DNA of 64,000 nucleotides. Source: Dendrobates tinctorius (lineage: Eukaryota). Within the stretch, counting starts at the first letter, position 1. Every line of letters starts with the position of its first letter. Where the stretch lies: positions 31,868,001 through 31,932,000 of the forward strand of contig NW_027361731.1 of the NCBI RefSeq assembly GCF_039654945.1, written 5' to 3'. Below are positions 12,615 to 25,474 of the stretch, piece after piece. The notes beneath the pieces are model-generated. The model had not been told where the DNA came from. It saw only the letters and a list, made by a program, of their open reading frames with translations, and did no database searches. The translations under genes were made by a program, and so were the position numbers.

Positions 12615-15525
12615 CGCCTGGGTAGTGGTACCATCCAGGTCATGTTTTGCCTGGGTAGTAGTACCGTCCAGTTAATGTCTGGCCTGGGGGGTAGTAGTAG
12701 TATTAGAACCATCCGGGTCATGTTTCACCTGGGTAGTAGTAGTACCGTCCGGATAATGTTTCACCTGGGGGGTAGTAGTATTAATAGTAGTACCATCTGG
12801 GTAATGTTTCACCAGGGTAGTAGTAGTAGTACCGTCCGGGTAATATTTCGCCTGGGTCGTAGTACCAACCGGGTAATGTTTCACCTGGGGGGTAGTAGTA
12901 GTAGTACCGTCTGGGTAATGTTTCGCCTGGGTAGTAGTACCGTCTGGGTAATGTTTCACCTGGGGGGTAGTAGTAGTAGTAGTACCATCTGGGTAATGCT
13001 TTTCCTGGGTAGTAGTACCGTCCGGGTCATGTTTCACCTGGGGGGGTAGTAGTAGTAGTACCATCCGGGTCATGTTTCACCTGGGTAGTAGTAGTAGTAG
13101 TAGTAGTAGTAGTACCGTCCGGATAATGTTTCACCTGAGGGGTAGTAGTAGTACCATCCAGGTCATGTTTTGCCTGGGCAGTAGTAATGTTAATGTTTCG
13201 CCTGGGGGTAGTAGTAGTATTAGTACCATCTGGGTCATGTTTCACCTGGGTAGTAGTACCGCCGGGAAATATTTTGCCTGGGTAGTAGTACCATCTGGGT
13301 AATGTTTCACCTGGGGGGTAGTACCATCTGGGTAATGCTTTGCCAGGGTAGTGGTACCGTCCGGGTCATGTTTCACCTGGGGGGTAGTAGTAGTACCATC
13401 CAGGTCATGTTTTGCCTGGGTAGTAGTATCATCCAGGTCATGTTTTGCCTGAGTGGTAGTAGTAGTACCATCCGGGTCATGTTTCACCTGGGGAGGGGTA
13501 GAAGTAGTACTGTACGGGTAGTGTTTTGCCTGGGTAGTAGTATCATCCGGGTAATGTTTTGCCTGGGTAGTAGTAGTACTGACTGGGCCATGTTTCGCCT
13601 GGGTAGTAGTACCATCTGGGTAGTGTTTCACCTGGGGGGTAGTAGTACCGTACGGGTTGTGTTTTGCCTGGGTAGTAGTACCATCCGGGTAATGTTTTGC
13701 CTGGGTAGTAGTACTGTCTGGGTAATGTTTCGCTTGGGTAGTAGTAACATCCGGGTAATGTTTTGCCTGGGCAGTAGTAATGTTAATGTTTCGCCTGGGG
13801 GTAGTAGTAGTAGTAGTACCATCCGGGTAATGTTTCACCTGGGGAGGGGTAGAAGTAGTACTGTACGGGTAGTGTTTTGCCTGGGTAGTAGTATCATCCG
13901 GGTAATGTTTTGCCTGGGTAGTTGTAGTACTGACTGGGCCATGTTTCGCCTGGGTAGTAGTACCATCTGGGTAGTGTTTCACCTGGGTGGTAGTAGTACC
14001 GTACGGGTAGTGTTTTGCCTGGGTAGTAGTACCATCCGGGTAATGTTTTGCCTGGGTAGTAGTACTGTCTGGGTAATGTTTCGCCTGGGTAGTAGTAACA
14101 TCCGGGTCATGTTTTGCCTGGGCAGTAGTAATGTTAATGTTTCGCCTGGGGGTAGTAGTAGTAGTAGTACCATCTGGGTAATGTTTCACCAGGGTAGTAG
14201 TAGTACCATCCGGGTCATGTTTTGCCTGGGCAGTAGTAATGTTAATGTTTCGCCTGGGGGTAGTAGTAGTATTAGTACCATCTGGGTCATGTTTCACCTG
14301 GGTAGTAGTACCGCCGGGAAATATTTTGCCTGGGTAGTAGTACCATCTGGGTAATGTTTCACCTGGGGGGTAGTACCATCTGGGTAATGCTTTGCCAGGG
14401 TAGTGGTACCGTCCGGGTCATGTTTCACCTGGGGGGTAGTAGTAGTACCATCCAGGTCATGTTTTGCCTGGATAGTAGTATCATCCAGGTCATGTTTTGC
14501 CTGAGTGGTAGTAGTAGTACCATCCGGGTCATGTTTCACCTGGGGAGGGGTAGAAGTAGTACTGTACGGGTAGTGTTTTGCCTGGGTAGTAGTATCATCC
14601 GGGTAATGTTTTGCCTGGGTAGTAGTAGTACTGACTGGGCCATGTTTCGCCTGGGTAGTAGTACCATCTGGGTAGTGTTTCACCTGGGGGGTAGTAGTAC
14701 CGTACGGGTAGTGTTTTGCCTGGGTAGTAGTACCATCCGGGTAATGTTTTGCCTGGGTAGTAGTACTGTCTGGGTAATGTTTCGCCTGGGTAGTAGTAAC
14801 ATCTGGGTAATGTTTTGCCTGGGTGGTAGTAGAAGTAGCACTATCCAGGTAATGTTTCACCTGGGGGGTAGTAGTAGTACCATCCGGGTAATGTTTTGCC
14901 TGGGTAGTGGTACCGTCTGGCTCATGTTTTACCTGGGGGGTGGTAGTAGTAGTAGTGTCAGCCGGGTATGTTTCGCCCGGGTGGTAGTAGTAGGTACCAT
15001 TGGCTGGGTCATGTTTCGCCCAGGTGGTGGTGGTGGTGATAGTAGTACTTGCTCCGAAACTTGCGTCGGGCGGACGCGCTGACCCCTCCAGCCCCTGTAT
15101 AGAACCATCATAGGTATGATAACTAAGGCCGGTAATGTCCATGTATTATTATGAATTATCTAATATTCTTTATGACAGCATTATTGGGGACACTATGGCC
15201 AGTGGTTAGGGCACTATACCCTTGAATGAATATCATCATGTCTTATGGGTCATTGACCAGATATATGGGGATATTTTGTATTAATATGGGTTCAGGCGTC
15301 TTGGTGTTTGTATGGCACTGTGGTGCCTAATGGTTGTCCTCACCGTCAGTCTTTTTCTGTATACCTGATTTATATGTATTTATACTATTGATGGACTATT
15401 TTGGTTGTTTTTGTGGTCCCCACAGACCACTTTTTTGTCTGTTAGTAGTAGTAGTAGTACCGTCGGCCGGGTCATGTTTCGCCCAGGTAGTAGTTCGGCC
15501 GGGTCATGTTTCGCCCGGGTCATGA
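12615..15525. repeat. ~33-bp minisatellite with variable (GTA)n, interrupted at ~15050-15440
   Basis: Unit ccatccgggtaatgtttcacctgggtagtagta. Higher-order duplications of ~351 bp and ~1052 bp (near-identical ORFs start at 13302 and 14354). Confidence 0.95.
15050..15440 (+). mobile_element. ~390-bp insertion in the minisatellite, possibly a Penelope-like terminal fragment
   Basis: Non-repetitive block, with the array resuming at 15441. It starts with CGAAAC..GCGTC, resembling the 3' half of a hammerhead core. Family assignment is tentative. Confidence 0.4.
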
Positions 15526-16129
15526 ATCCTCTTCAGTAGGTGTGTGGTGCTACAGAGGGTTTAGCTCTGAATATCCAGATTGTCACTGCCGGCATATTGC
15601 GCTTGTGATAGAAAAAAAAATACATTCTGTGTCACCATTAATCTTATTTTTTTCTTTCAAAGGAGCTTTGTCAGGGTGCGTGGTTTTTTTTTTTTTTTTG
15701 TTTTTTTTATAGCAAGTTGATGGTTTTTATTCCATTTTATCAATAACACATAGATATTTTACAGCATTTTTGTGAGGTGTGTGTGTATATATAAATTTTT
15801 ATTTTTTCTCCCCTCATCCGGCAATAAAAAAAAAAAACAACAAATGTTTGTACGGCTAGGAGGAAGCATAAAAAATTTTTTAATAAATATTCTTACGGCT
15901 CCTGGATGAGGGGCACAGAAACTCAAGAACATAAAATGGTGGCCCAGGGAGTGGTTACAGGGTAAAGGCCGGGAATCCAATGTCTCCCTGCGGCTTAGCT
16001 CCATAACAAATCCAGAGCAACCAATGACCGATCTGAGCGAATCAACACGTCCGATCTCCAGAAGCCCCCACTAATGACTTGTGTATGTGTTCTAGAAATA
16101 ATCCTCCATGCGTCCTTGCCTTGCTCGTT

Positions 16130-16222
16130 GTTGCTTATAGCGACCAATCACAGCGCAGCTTTCATCTTACTAGAGAGGTTTACAAAATGAAAGCTGAGCT
16201 CTGATTGGTTGCCGTGGGCAAC
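16130..16222. repeat. Short imperfect palindrome (MITE-like hairpin)
   Basis: gttgc..accaatcacagcgcagctttcat pairs with atgaaagctgagctctgattggttg..gcaac. Confidence 0.7.
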
Positions 16223-17972
16223 AGGGATTTCTGTAGCTGACATCTGGCCTTTTGGTGTCTGTAAGGCCGTGTTCACACGTTGCATAAATTAATAACACTC
16301 TACTCTGATCATTGCATTTTTATTTTTGGCGGTTTCCTCTTATTACTGCAATTTTTCTGCAGATTTGAATTGTTTTCTAATGGGTTTGTTTTTACAGTGC
16401 AGAAAAGCTTTGATTCTGCACTTAGTTGTTTTTTTTTCATGATTTTTTTTTTTCAGCTTCCCTATAGAAGTCTATAAAAGGGGAAAAAAAAGCACCAAAA
16501 CTGCAGTTCAGCAGTGTCTTCAGCACACCTACAAGGGGCGCAGTTTTCATGAGATTACATCAACAGTAATACTGTATGGGGGACTATGTGGGTGCTAGTA
16601 ATACTGTATGGGGGACTATGGGGTGCCAGTAATACTGTATGGGGGACTAGTACCCGTAATACTGTATGGAGGACTTTGTGGGTGCCAGTAATACTGTATG
16701 GGGGACTATGGGGTGCCAGTAATACTGTATGGGGGACTATGTGGGTGCCAGTAATACTGTATGGGGGACTATGTGGGTGCCGGTAATACTGTATGGAGGA
16801 CTAGTACCCGTAATACTGTATGGGGGACTATGGGGTGCCAGTAATACTGTATGGAGGACTTTGTGGGTGCCAGTAATACTGTATGGGGGACTATGGGGTG
16901 CTTGTAATACTGTATGGGGGACTATGTGGGTGCCAGTAATACTGTATGGGGGACTATGTGGGTGCCGGTAATACTGTATGGAGGACTAGTACCCGTAATA
17001 CTGTATGGGGGACTATGGGGTGCCAGTAATACTGTATGGGGGACTAGTACCCGTAATACTGTATGGAGGACTTTGTTGGTGCTTGTAATACTGTATGGGG
17101 GACTATGGGGTGCTTGTAATCCTGTATGGGGGACTATGTGGGTGCCAGTAATACTGTATGGGGGACTATGTGGGTGCCGGTAATACTGTATGGAGGACTA
17201 GTACCCGTAATACTGTATGGAGGACTATGTGGTGCCAGTAATACTGTATGGGGGACTATGGGGTGCCAGTAATACTGTATGGAGGACTTTGTGGGTGCCA
17301 GTAATACTGTATGGGGGATTATGGGGTGCTTGTAATACTGTATGGGGGACTATGTGGGTGCCAGTAATACTGTATGGGGGACTATGTGGGTGCCAGTAAT
17401 ACTGTATGGAGGACTAGTACCCGTAATACTGTATGGAGGACTATGTGGTGCCAGTAATACTGTATGGAGGACAATGGGGTGCCAATAATACTGTATGGGG
17501 GACTATGTGGGTGCTCGTAATACTGTATGGGGGACTATGGGGTGCCAGTAATACCGTATGGGGGACTGTGGTTGCCAGTAACACTGTATGGGGGACTATG
17601 TGGGTGCCAGTAATACTGTATGGAGGACTAGTACCCATAATACTATATGGAGGACTATGTGGGTGCCCGTAATACTGTATGGAGGACTATGTGGGTGCTC
17701 GTAATACTGTATGGAGGACTATGTGGGTGCTCGTAATACTGTATGGAGGACTATGGGGTGCCAGTAATACTGTATGGAGGACTATGGGGTGCTCGTAATG
17801 TATGGAGGACAATGGGGTGCCAATAATACTGTATGGAGGACTATGTGGGTGCTCGTAATACTGTATGGAGGACTATGTGGGTGCCAGTAATACTGTATGG
17901 AGGACTATGTGGGTGCCAGTTATACTGTATGGGGGACTATGGGGTGCCAGTAATACTGTATGTGGGTGCCAG

Positions 17973-19290
17973 TGGGTCGCCCTCCCAGGGCTGTGGGGTA
18001 CTCGGTACCGGGCCGGTGTCAGTGGGATGTGTCACAGCAGCGGTGACCCGATCCGTGGCCCTGGGCGCCCAAATCAATGGTGGTTTTGGTGATATAGTTT
18101 GTGATAGTTCGTGACGCCACCTGTGGTGTTTGGCAAGCAAGATGTTAAGCCAATGCTGCGTGCAGATCCTCTGGGGCTGATGGTGTGTTGCAGCAAAGAT
18201 GGTGTAGCTCCCCATAGGTGAAGCTGTAACCCCAGGGCAGTGTAATTGCGATAGATGGGGATAGGCGCAGGCGGTGTGAAGAATGCTGGTACTCAGATGT
18301 AGCGGTGCTGACGGTGTTAGCGCGCAAATGAATGGAAGACACCAGGGCTTGCAGTTCCAAAGCTTTACTCACAGTCCGTGGTACACACTGGTGCCTGCCT
18401 CCGTGCTGTGTCCTCCGGGGCAGAGACTCAATCAACCTCCCGGGCAAGTCAGGATTCTCCTCTCCAACACTCCGCCAACATGTACCTTTCCTGAACGACT
18501 CCTCTATTGCGCCTTTTAGTGTGAAGAGCTCCATTACCGTGGTACTCTGGAGTTCCTCCTGTCAGATGTTCCTAACAACTCTACTCGTATGGCAGACAGC
18601 TGTAGCCTCTCTCGGGGACTCCCTTCTCCAGAGTCCTGGCTCTTTATTCAGTTGCTGTTGTGCTCCAAGTTTTAGATAGGAGTAGTGCATTTACAGCCAA
18701 CTACTCCACCGGTGTCTGCTGCAGAACCATAAGTGTCCATACAACCTCGGGGACCGGGCCCCGGCCTTGCGCTGAGAACCTATAGGCAGGGTTCCTCTTC
18801 CAACCCACGTCTCCTCTCTGTTCTCCTACTCCTTCATTCGGCACTGATCTTTCTCTCTCTTATGGAAGCTTAGGTTGCAGTTCTACGTCTTTCTCCTTCT
18901 TGTTCCTTTCCCGTGCCAGCTGGCTCAGATCACTGAGGCAGCTGCAGCACTCCTTCTTCTCGGACCCGTCCTCAGACTCTCCTGACTGACTGTCCTTCTG
19001 ACTGATCTTCCAGACTCCTCCGTAATTCTAAACCTTCCCAACCTTTTATATGGATCTCAACTCCACTCACCTCCCAGCACATCCAGTGTTCCAAGCAGGA
19101 AACCACCAAGGCATTCCTAATGTCTAGGAGAAGAGAGAGACCTCAATGTGGTTGTGCTGAACTACCCTGTTGTGTGGGATGCGAGTGTTGGAGTGTGGAA
19201 AGGAGCTTCCAACTTACCTAGGTGGTGGGGCACTACACCTTAGGAGAAGGTGCAGTACCTCTGTGGCGACCGAGCCTCAGGGGCGCCACA
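17973..19290 (-). mobile_element. Solo LTR (1318 bp)
   Basis: TGGGTCGCCC...GGGCGCCACA termini, 4-bp TSD CCAG (17969-17972 / 19291-19294), TATAAAA on the minus strand at ~19044-19050. Confidence 0.85.
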
Positions 19291-19582
19291 CCAGTAATAC
19301 TGTATGGAGGACTAGTACCCGTAATACTGTATGGAGGACTATGTGGGTGCCCGTAATACTGTATGGAGGACTATGTGGGTGCCCGTAATACTTTATGGAG
19401 GACTATGGGCTGCCCGTAATACTGTATGGAGGACAATGGGGTGCTAATAATACTGTATGGGGGACTATGTGGGTGCTCGTAATACTGTATGGAGGACTAT
19501 GGGGTGCCAGTAATACTGTATGGAGGAGCACATAATACTGTATGGAGGACTATGTGGGTGCCCGTAATACTGTATGGAGGAC

Positions 19583-20491
19583 TGATTGGGTCACCGAGGA
19601 GGAAAGCAAGACCAAGCTAAGCCACAGAAAACCAGAGAGGTTGGTAACTAAGCGGATTGCAGACCCCTGATCCTGTCCACACAACTAGCAGTAGCCGTGG
19701 AGCGTACCTACGATGAACCTAGATGCAGCGACACAGCCGGAGAACTAAATAAGCCTAAAGCAAGAAAGGGGAAATGTAAACTGCCCCAGAGCAGACCCCA
19801 AAGGAATAGATAGCTCCCAAACATATATTGTCGGTGAGACAAGATGAAAACACAAACGCAGGTAGAAAAATAGACTGAGCAAACGATGGGGCCCACACTA
19901 ACTAGACAGGACAGGAAAGGAAAGACTTTGTCTGCAATCACGCAAAAAAACCCTGCAAAAAATGCCCAACTCGTCTGATAGAAAAATACTGAAGTCACTT
20001 GACTTCGCCCACTGTATCAGCACTCTGGTATATTCTGAGAGCAGCGCAAAAAGAGGCCAATCTAATAAGGGACAAAAACAAACTGGCACAAGCAATAACA
20101 TAAGGATGGAGATTCAGCACAGCCCCAGCCAGAGCTGGCTGACCATACAAAATTGAAATAGACAAAACCAGATCAAATGTGAACAACAGCAAAAGAACAC
20201 TTAGCTGAGCATGCAGGGACTGAGCTGGAAACTAAGACCTCAGGAGGCAGGAAATAAATCACCAGCAAGGATAGAGGGAGTCAGCTTTCTTAAATCTAGT
20301 CAGAAATTCCAGATCTCCAGTCATCCTCCTCATTATCAGGTGGCAGGCCTCTGTTAATTAGATCAGCTCCATTACCTTCAGTAACCACCAGAGGGAGCCT
20401 GGAAAGAGAACTCGTGACCCCTCTGTCAATATAACCAGCTCCACTACCTTCACTAATAACCAGAGGTAGGCCAGAAAGCGAACTCACAACA
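19583..20491 (-). mobile_element. Solo LTR related to the chromovirus LTR at 1580-2412
   Basis: The reverse complement starts TGTTGTGAGTTC and shares ctccctctggtgg, ctgccacctga.aatgagg, gtaggtacgctccacggct and tcctcggtgaccca blocks. Flanked by GAGGAC (19577-19582 / 20492-20497). Confidence 0.9.
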
Positions 20492-21229
20492 GAGGACTAT
20501 GTGGGTGCCCGTAATACTGTATGGAGGACTATGTGGGTGCCCGTAATACTGTATGGAGGACTATGTGGGTGCCCGTAATACTGTATGGAGGACTATGTGG
20601 GTGCTCGTAATACTGTATGGAGGACTATGGGGTGCCAGTATTACTGTATGGAGGACTATGTGGGTGTCCATAATACTCTATGGAGGACTATGTGGGTGCC
20701 TGTAATACTGTATGGAGGACTATACTGTCTGGTCTAAAATAAAAAGTCTGCAGCCATTCTGTGTGACAGCAGACTTATGAATCCCCCCAGTCCACCCCCC
20801 TGTGTGCTGTGAGGATTTGCTGGTTTCTGACCTGGGACCGGTGGTCACGTATGTGATACGCATACTGCTGAGTGAACACTTTATTGTAATTTTTTTTAAT
20901 GCGTTTTTAAATGTAGAATTAACACTTTTCTGTACATTTAAAAAAAAAAACATTAAAAACGCTGCTTGACATCTGCATCAAATAAGAGAAAAGGCATAAA
21001 AAATGCAGCAAAAACACTATCAGAGTAGACTGCTATTGATTATGTAGACTGGTTCGGACACCTGCAGAAAACATGCACATATAAAGCAGCAGTGTGAATA
21101 CGAACTTCCAGGTGTGTTTGGTAAAATGTCACTTTAAAAAAAAACACCTCGTCTCGCAAAAAAAGCAAAGAGCTGATATAGTGAAGATTTCGTACTGAAA
21201 CTATGGATGAACGAAAAGTAAACCCACAG

Positions 21230-22694
21230 GTCCCAGCCATCTCAGGGACAGAGAACATCCCGGATCCGGGTCTACGCCCTGCAGTCCTGAGCGTCTGCTG
21301 AACGGCCCTCACTGCCACTGCCCCTCTGACAACTCCTCCTTCCAGGGTAGAAAGAAACAGTAAATTGGGGCTTGTGAGTCGGGGAGGTATAGGACAAGCA
21401 CTTCCTGATTAGAGGCAGAAGCCGGACAGCCTTGCCCAGGGCAGGGTGCACGGCTGCATGCAGTAGTGAGTCCAGATAGATTGCTGGCCATGGGGATAAA
21501 GCTGCGATGGCAATAAGGGGCCCCAAGCAGAGAATAGTGCAGTCGGGCATCAGCTCCATGGGACCATCCCCAAGAACGATCGGGGGTCTAAGACGGGGGC
21601 GGAAGCAGCTGATATGGCATTCCCGACACCCTTCCCAATCGGAACCTGACGAGGGGCTGACAGGGAGCTGGTGTAACGGACATGGTTTGTGGAACCACTG
21701 TGCCATGGACTGCGGAGAGCTTGGAGGGGCATGACTAAGCGAGCATCGGACTGTTCACTACAGCCTCTGATGTTGAGGTTAGACTTGGCTCCCGATGAAA
21801 GTCAGATACCACTCCAGGACAGACCAACGGACGCGCAGCAGCTGGACCCAGTAGGACAGATTGGATGGTGCAGCAGGCAGTTCGTATCAGAGTGCAGCAA
21901 GCAGGGTCTGCACCAGAGGGCAGCAGGCAGGATCTGCACCAGAGGGCAGCAGGGACTGTTACGCAAGCTTACACAACTAGACTGCAGAACAGGAAGGTTG
22001 CTCACGCAGCTCCACAGTGAGGAGAAGCAATATACTGTATATATTATGTCCCACAGCTATTGACTGTGGAGGAAATAGCAAGTGCTCGCGCTGGCCCTTT
22101 AAGAGGGCGGGAGCGTGCGTGCTCTAAGGACATGGCTGGAGGCCCAGCTGGAAGTTCTTCTGGAAGAATGCAGAGCATGGGGAAGGGAAGAATTGACCAC
22201 AGAGCGGGTGAATGAAGTGACAGGCCCGAGACCCTGCCTGTCAGAGCAGGGATCCGGCGTGGTGCTAACAGCTGGTGACGTGGAAGGCACAGATAGGATA
22301 CGGACTGTCCAAAGAGCCTGCCCGGATGGCAGGGAAAAGGAAGGCACGGACAAAACGGAGTTTGACTAGAGGTACGGCAGCAAATGCCGGGAGGAAAGAG
22401 AGAGAGATTACAGAAAGAATAGTCTGCCCGGAAGGCAGGGAAAGTACAGTATATGTGGCTCTGTGTGAATTGTGCTGCCCGTGTAATGAATATACTGCTG
22501 TCTAGTAAAGTTAAGCTGTTGGAAAAAGACCTCATCTCTGAAGTGATTTGTGGAGCTCATGGATGCGGAGTCGACGTGACAGCAGCTGAGGGGAATCTGA
22601 CAAAGCCTGTACGTGTGCTGTGGTGCATGCTGCACATGGAGCAGAGGGGACTTTGCATTTCATCTGTGGGGCGCCAGGGTGTGGGAACACTACA
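21230..22694 (+). mobile_element. Probable LTR-like element (left end unresolved) hosting a nested solo LTR
   Basis: Ends ...ACACTACA at 22694 and has AGTAAA at ~22504. No left terminus or TSD found. Confidence 0.4.
21672..22270. mobile_element. Solo LTR (599 bp), nested
   Basis: TGTAAC...GCTAACA termini and 5-bp TSD GCTGG (21667-21671 / 22271-22275). Confidence 0.82.
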
Positions 22695-22852
22695 GCTCGT
22701 TGCCACTACTACCACCCTGGCCATGGTACCCTCCACACGCATGGTATGGTGACCCTACTGTACCCCCCTCCCTCAATCCCCCTGACAAAGAATTGTGACT
22801 CCCCCATCACAGTATGATTCTCCAACTGTAATCCCCACAGAGCGCTTCATAA

Positions 22853-24085
22853 AGTATAATGGCCCCACATAGTGCTCCATACAGTATGATAACCCTGCTT
22901 AGTGCTCCATACAGTATAATGGCCCCACATATTGCTCCATACAGTATGATAACCCTACATAGTGCTCCATACAGTATAATTGCCCCACATAGTGCTCCAT
23001 ACAGTATGATGATCTCACATAATGCTCCATACAGTATAATGGCACCATATAGTGCTCCGTACAGTATAATGACCCCACATAGTGCTCCATACAGTATGAT
23101 GATCCCACATAGTGCTCCATACAGTATAATGGCACCACACAGTGTTCTGTACAGTATAATGACCCCACATAGTGCTCCATACAGTATGATGATCCCACAT
23201 AATGCTCCGTACAGTATAATGGCCCCACATAGTGCTTCATACAGTATGATGATCCCACTTAGTGCTCCATACAGTATAATGGCGCCTCATAGTGCTCCAT
23301 ACAGTATAATGACCCCACATAGTGCTCCATACAGCATGATGATCCCACATAATGCTCCACACAGTATAATGGCGCCACATAGTGCTCCATACAGTATAAT
23401 GGCCCCACATAGTGCTCCATACAGTATGATGATCACACATAATGCTCCATACAGTATAATGGCGCCACATAGTGCTCCGTACAGTATAATGGCCCCACAT
23501 AGTGCTCCATACAGTATGATGATCCCACATAGTGCTCCATACAGTATAATGGCGCCACATAGTGCTCCATACAGTATAATGACCCCACATAGTGCTCCAT
23601 ACAGTATGATGATCCCACATAATGCTCCATACAGTATAATGATCCCACATGCTCCATACAGTATAATGGCGCCACATAGTGCTCCATACAGTATAATGGC
23701 GCCACATAGTGCTCCATACAGTATAATGACCCCACATAGTGCTCCATACAGTATAATGGCCCCACATAGTGCTCCATACAGTATGATGATCACACATAAT
23801 GCTCCATACAGTATAATGGCGCCACATAGTGCTCCGTACAGTATAATGGCCCCACATAGTGCTCCATACAGTATGATGATCACACATAATGCTCCATACA
23901 GTATAATGGCGCCACATAGTGCTCCATACAGTATAATGACCCCACATAGTGCTCCATACAGTATGATGGTCCCACATAGTGCTCCATACAGTATGATGGT
24001 CCCACATAATGCTCCATACAGTATAATGGCGCCACATAGTGCTCCGTACAGTATAATGACCCCACATAGTGCTCCATACAGTATA
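22853..24085. repeat. 30-bp minisatellite, ~41 copies, probably internal to a hAT-like element ending at 24371
   Basis: Unit ccccacatagtgctccatacagtataatgg. The downstream AGCTACACCACTG resembles the CAGTGG.. end of the element at 39598. Confidence 0.93.
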
Positions 24086-24791
24086 TTAGGCCCCATATAT
24101 AAATAAATATTCAACTCTGCCCGTTTCTCGCTACCCTGGTCTCTTCAGATCCTCTGCACATCTCGGTACAGCAGGCATGTAATGACGTAATGGTGCTTGC
24201 TGCGCTGAGAAGTCAGACGCAGAGGGGGGATGTTGAGAGAGGGAGCATCAGCTCTACCACTGAGTTTATCTGTATCAGTATACAGCTAAGGGTGGTAGTT
24301 GCTCTGGGTGGGCTCCTCCAGGTCTGGGGCCTGGGCAATGCTCCCTCCATCCACTGCTAGCTACACCACTGGCAGACAGTCCAAGGGCAGCTAGGAAGCC
24401 ATGTAGGCCTGAAGGAACTGAAGTTTCTGCAGTTTCCTGTATCTGCAAATCATCAGCTGGAGAAGAAAACCCAAAAGTTTGGTATGTTGTTCTCTACTTG
24501 TAACCTCGCCCCGGCACTGACTGACAGCTGGCTCAGCAGCCGAAGCCCCTGATCTTATCATTACGTGTTTTCTTATATAGTAGGGTTGTTTCGCTTCCTA
24601 CATATGATTCAGGACTAGCTAGCTGTAGGATTTATGGCGGATTACCTTGTTAGGCCGGGGTCACACTAGAGAGGAATATGGACGAGTGAGAGGCGTTAAA
24701 AGCACGCATTACACACGGACCAATGATTCTCTATGGGGCAGCTCCCACCAGCCGTATATTTCTCGTCCGTATTCTACGGTCCGTGCCAATC

Positions 24792-25236
24792 AAGTGAGAA
24801 ACTGGGTCTGAGCAGAAAAAGTAAATTAATGTGCATGCAAAATGTAATTGCATATGAACACATGACCTTTACACAGAGAAAACCAAAAGCAAAACACAAA
24901 ACAAATATCCTGGAATAAAAAAGTAAAAAAATATATTGCAAAAATTGCATGAAGGTAGTAATAATAGTAATAAGGGTATTTAGTTAACATAATTTTGATC
25001 AAAATAATGTAGAAGCCATCCCGCCACGTCACGGCAACCCTTGTGGGACAGTCCTAACTCTTGTATTTAAAACCTTTCCACTTGTCAAGTGATGTAAATG
25101 TGAACAAGGACAGAGGGACTGAACCACCAGTAATAGTATAGGCCAGACAGGATGGATTTTCCAACTCAGAAACAGGGCGGTATTTTTTTACTTTTTTATT
25201 CCAGGATATTTGTTTTGTGTTTTGCTTTTGGTTTTC
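24792..25236. mobile_element. ~445-bp insertion in the Harbinger left arm with a 12-bp TSD and a terminal inverted segment
   Basis: TCCGTGCCAATC at 24780-24791 and 25237-25248. Perfect 58-bp inverted repeat at 24876-24933 / 25181-25238. Confidence 0.7.
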
Positions 25237-25474
25237 TCCGTGCCAATCGCAGCATGCTGTGATTGTCAGCGTACTACGGCCGTAGTACGCCAATGCAAGT
25301 CTATGTGTGCACTAAAAATACGCATTACACACGGACCAGATGTGTGACTTGCGAGAAATACGGCTGGTGACAGGAAATGGGCCAATCCATCATAAGGAAG
25401 CTTAGACATGCAAATGAGGTCAAAAAGCGCTCCAGACATCCAGGAAGTACGCCTCCACGGAGTACAGCAGCATC

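Larger units (their letters stand above)
16566..20726. repeat. ~32-bp minisatellite split by two solo LTRs (segments 16566-17972, 19291-19582, 20492-20726)
   Basis: Unit gtaatactgtatgg(a/g)ggactatgtgggtgcca. Confidence 0.95.

Noticed and set aside
12600-15142. Mucin-like Thr-rich ORFs (AKHYPDGTTT)n
   Set aside because: Triplet-based repeat variation keeps both strands open. There is no signal peptide or splice evidence, and the frames break at several points.
22859-24114. 415-aa (APHSAPYSIM)n ORF
   Set aside because: This is the translation of a 30-bp minisatellite that is open on both strands.
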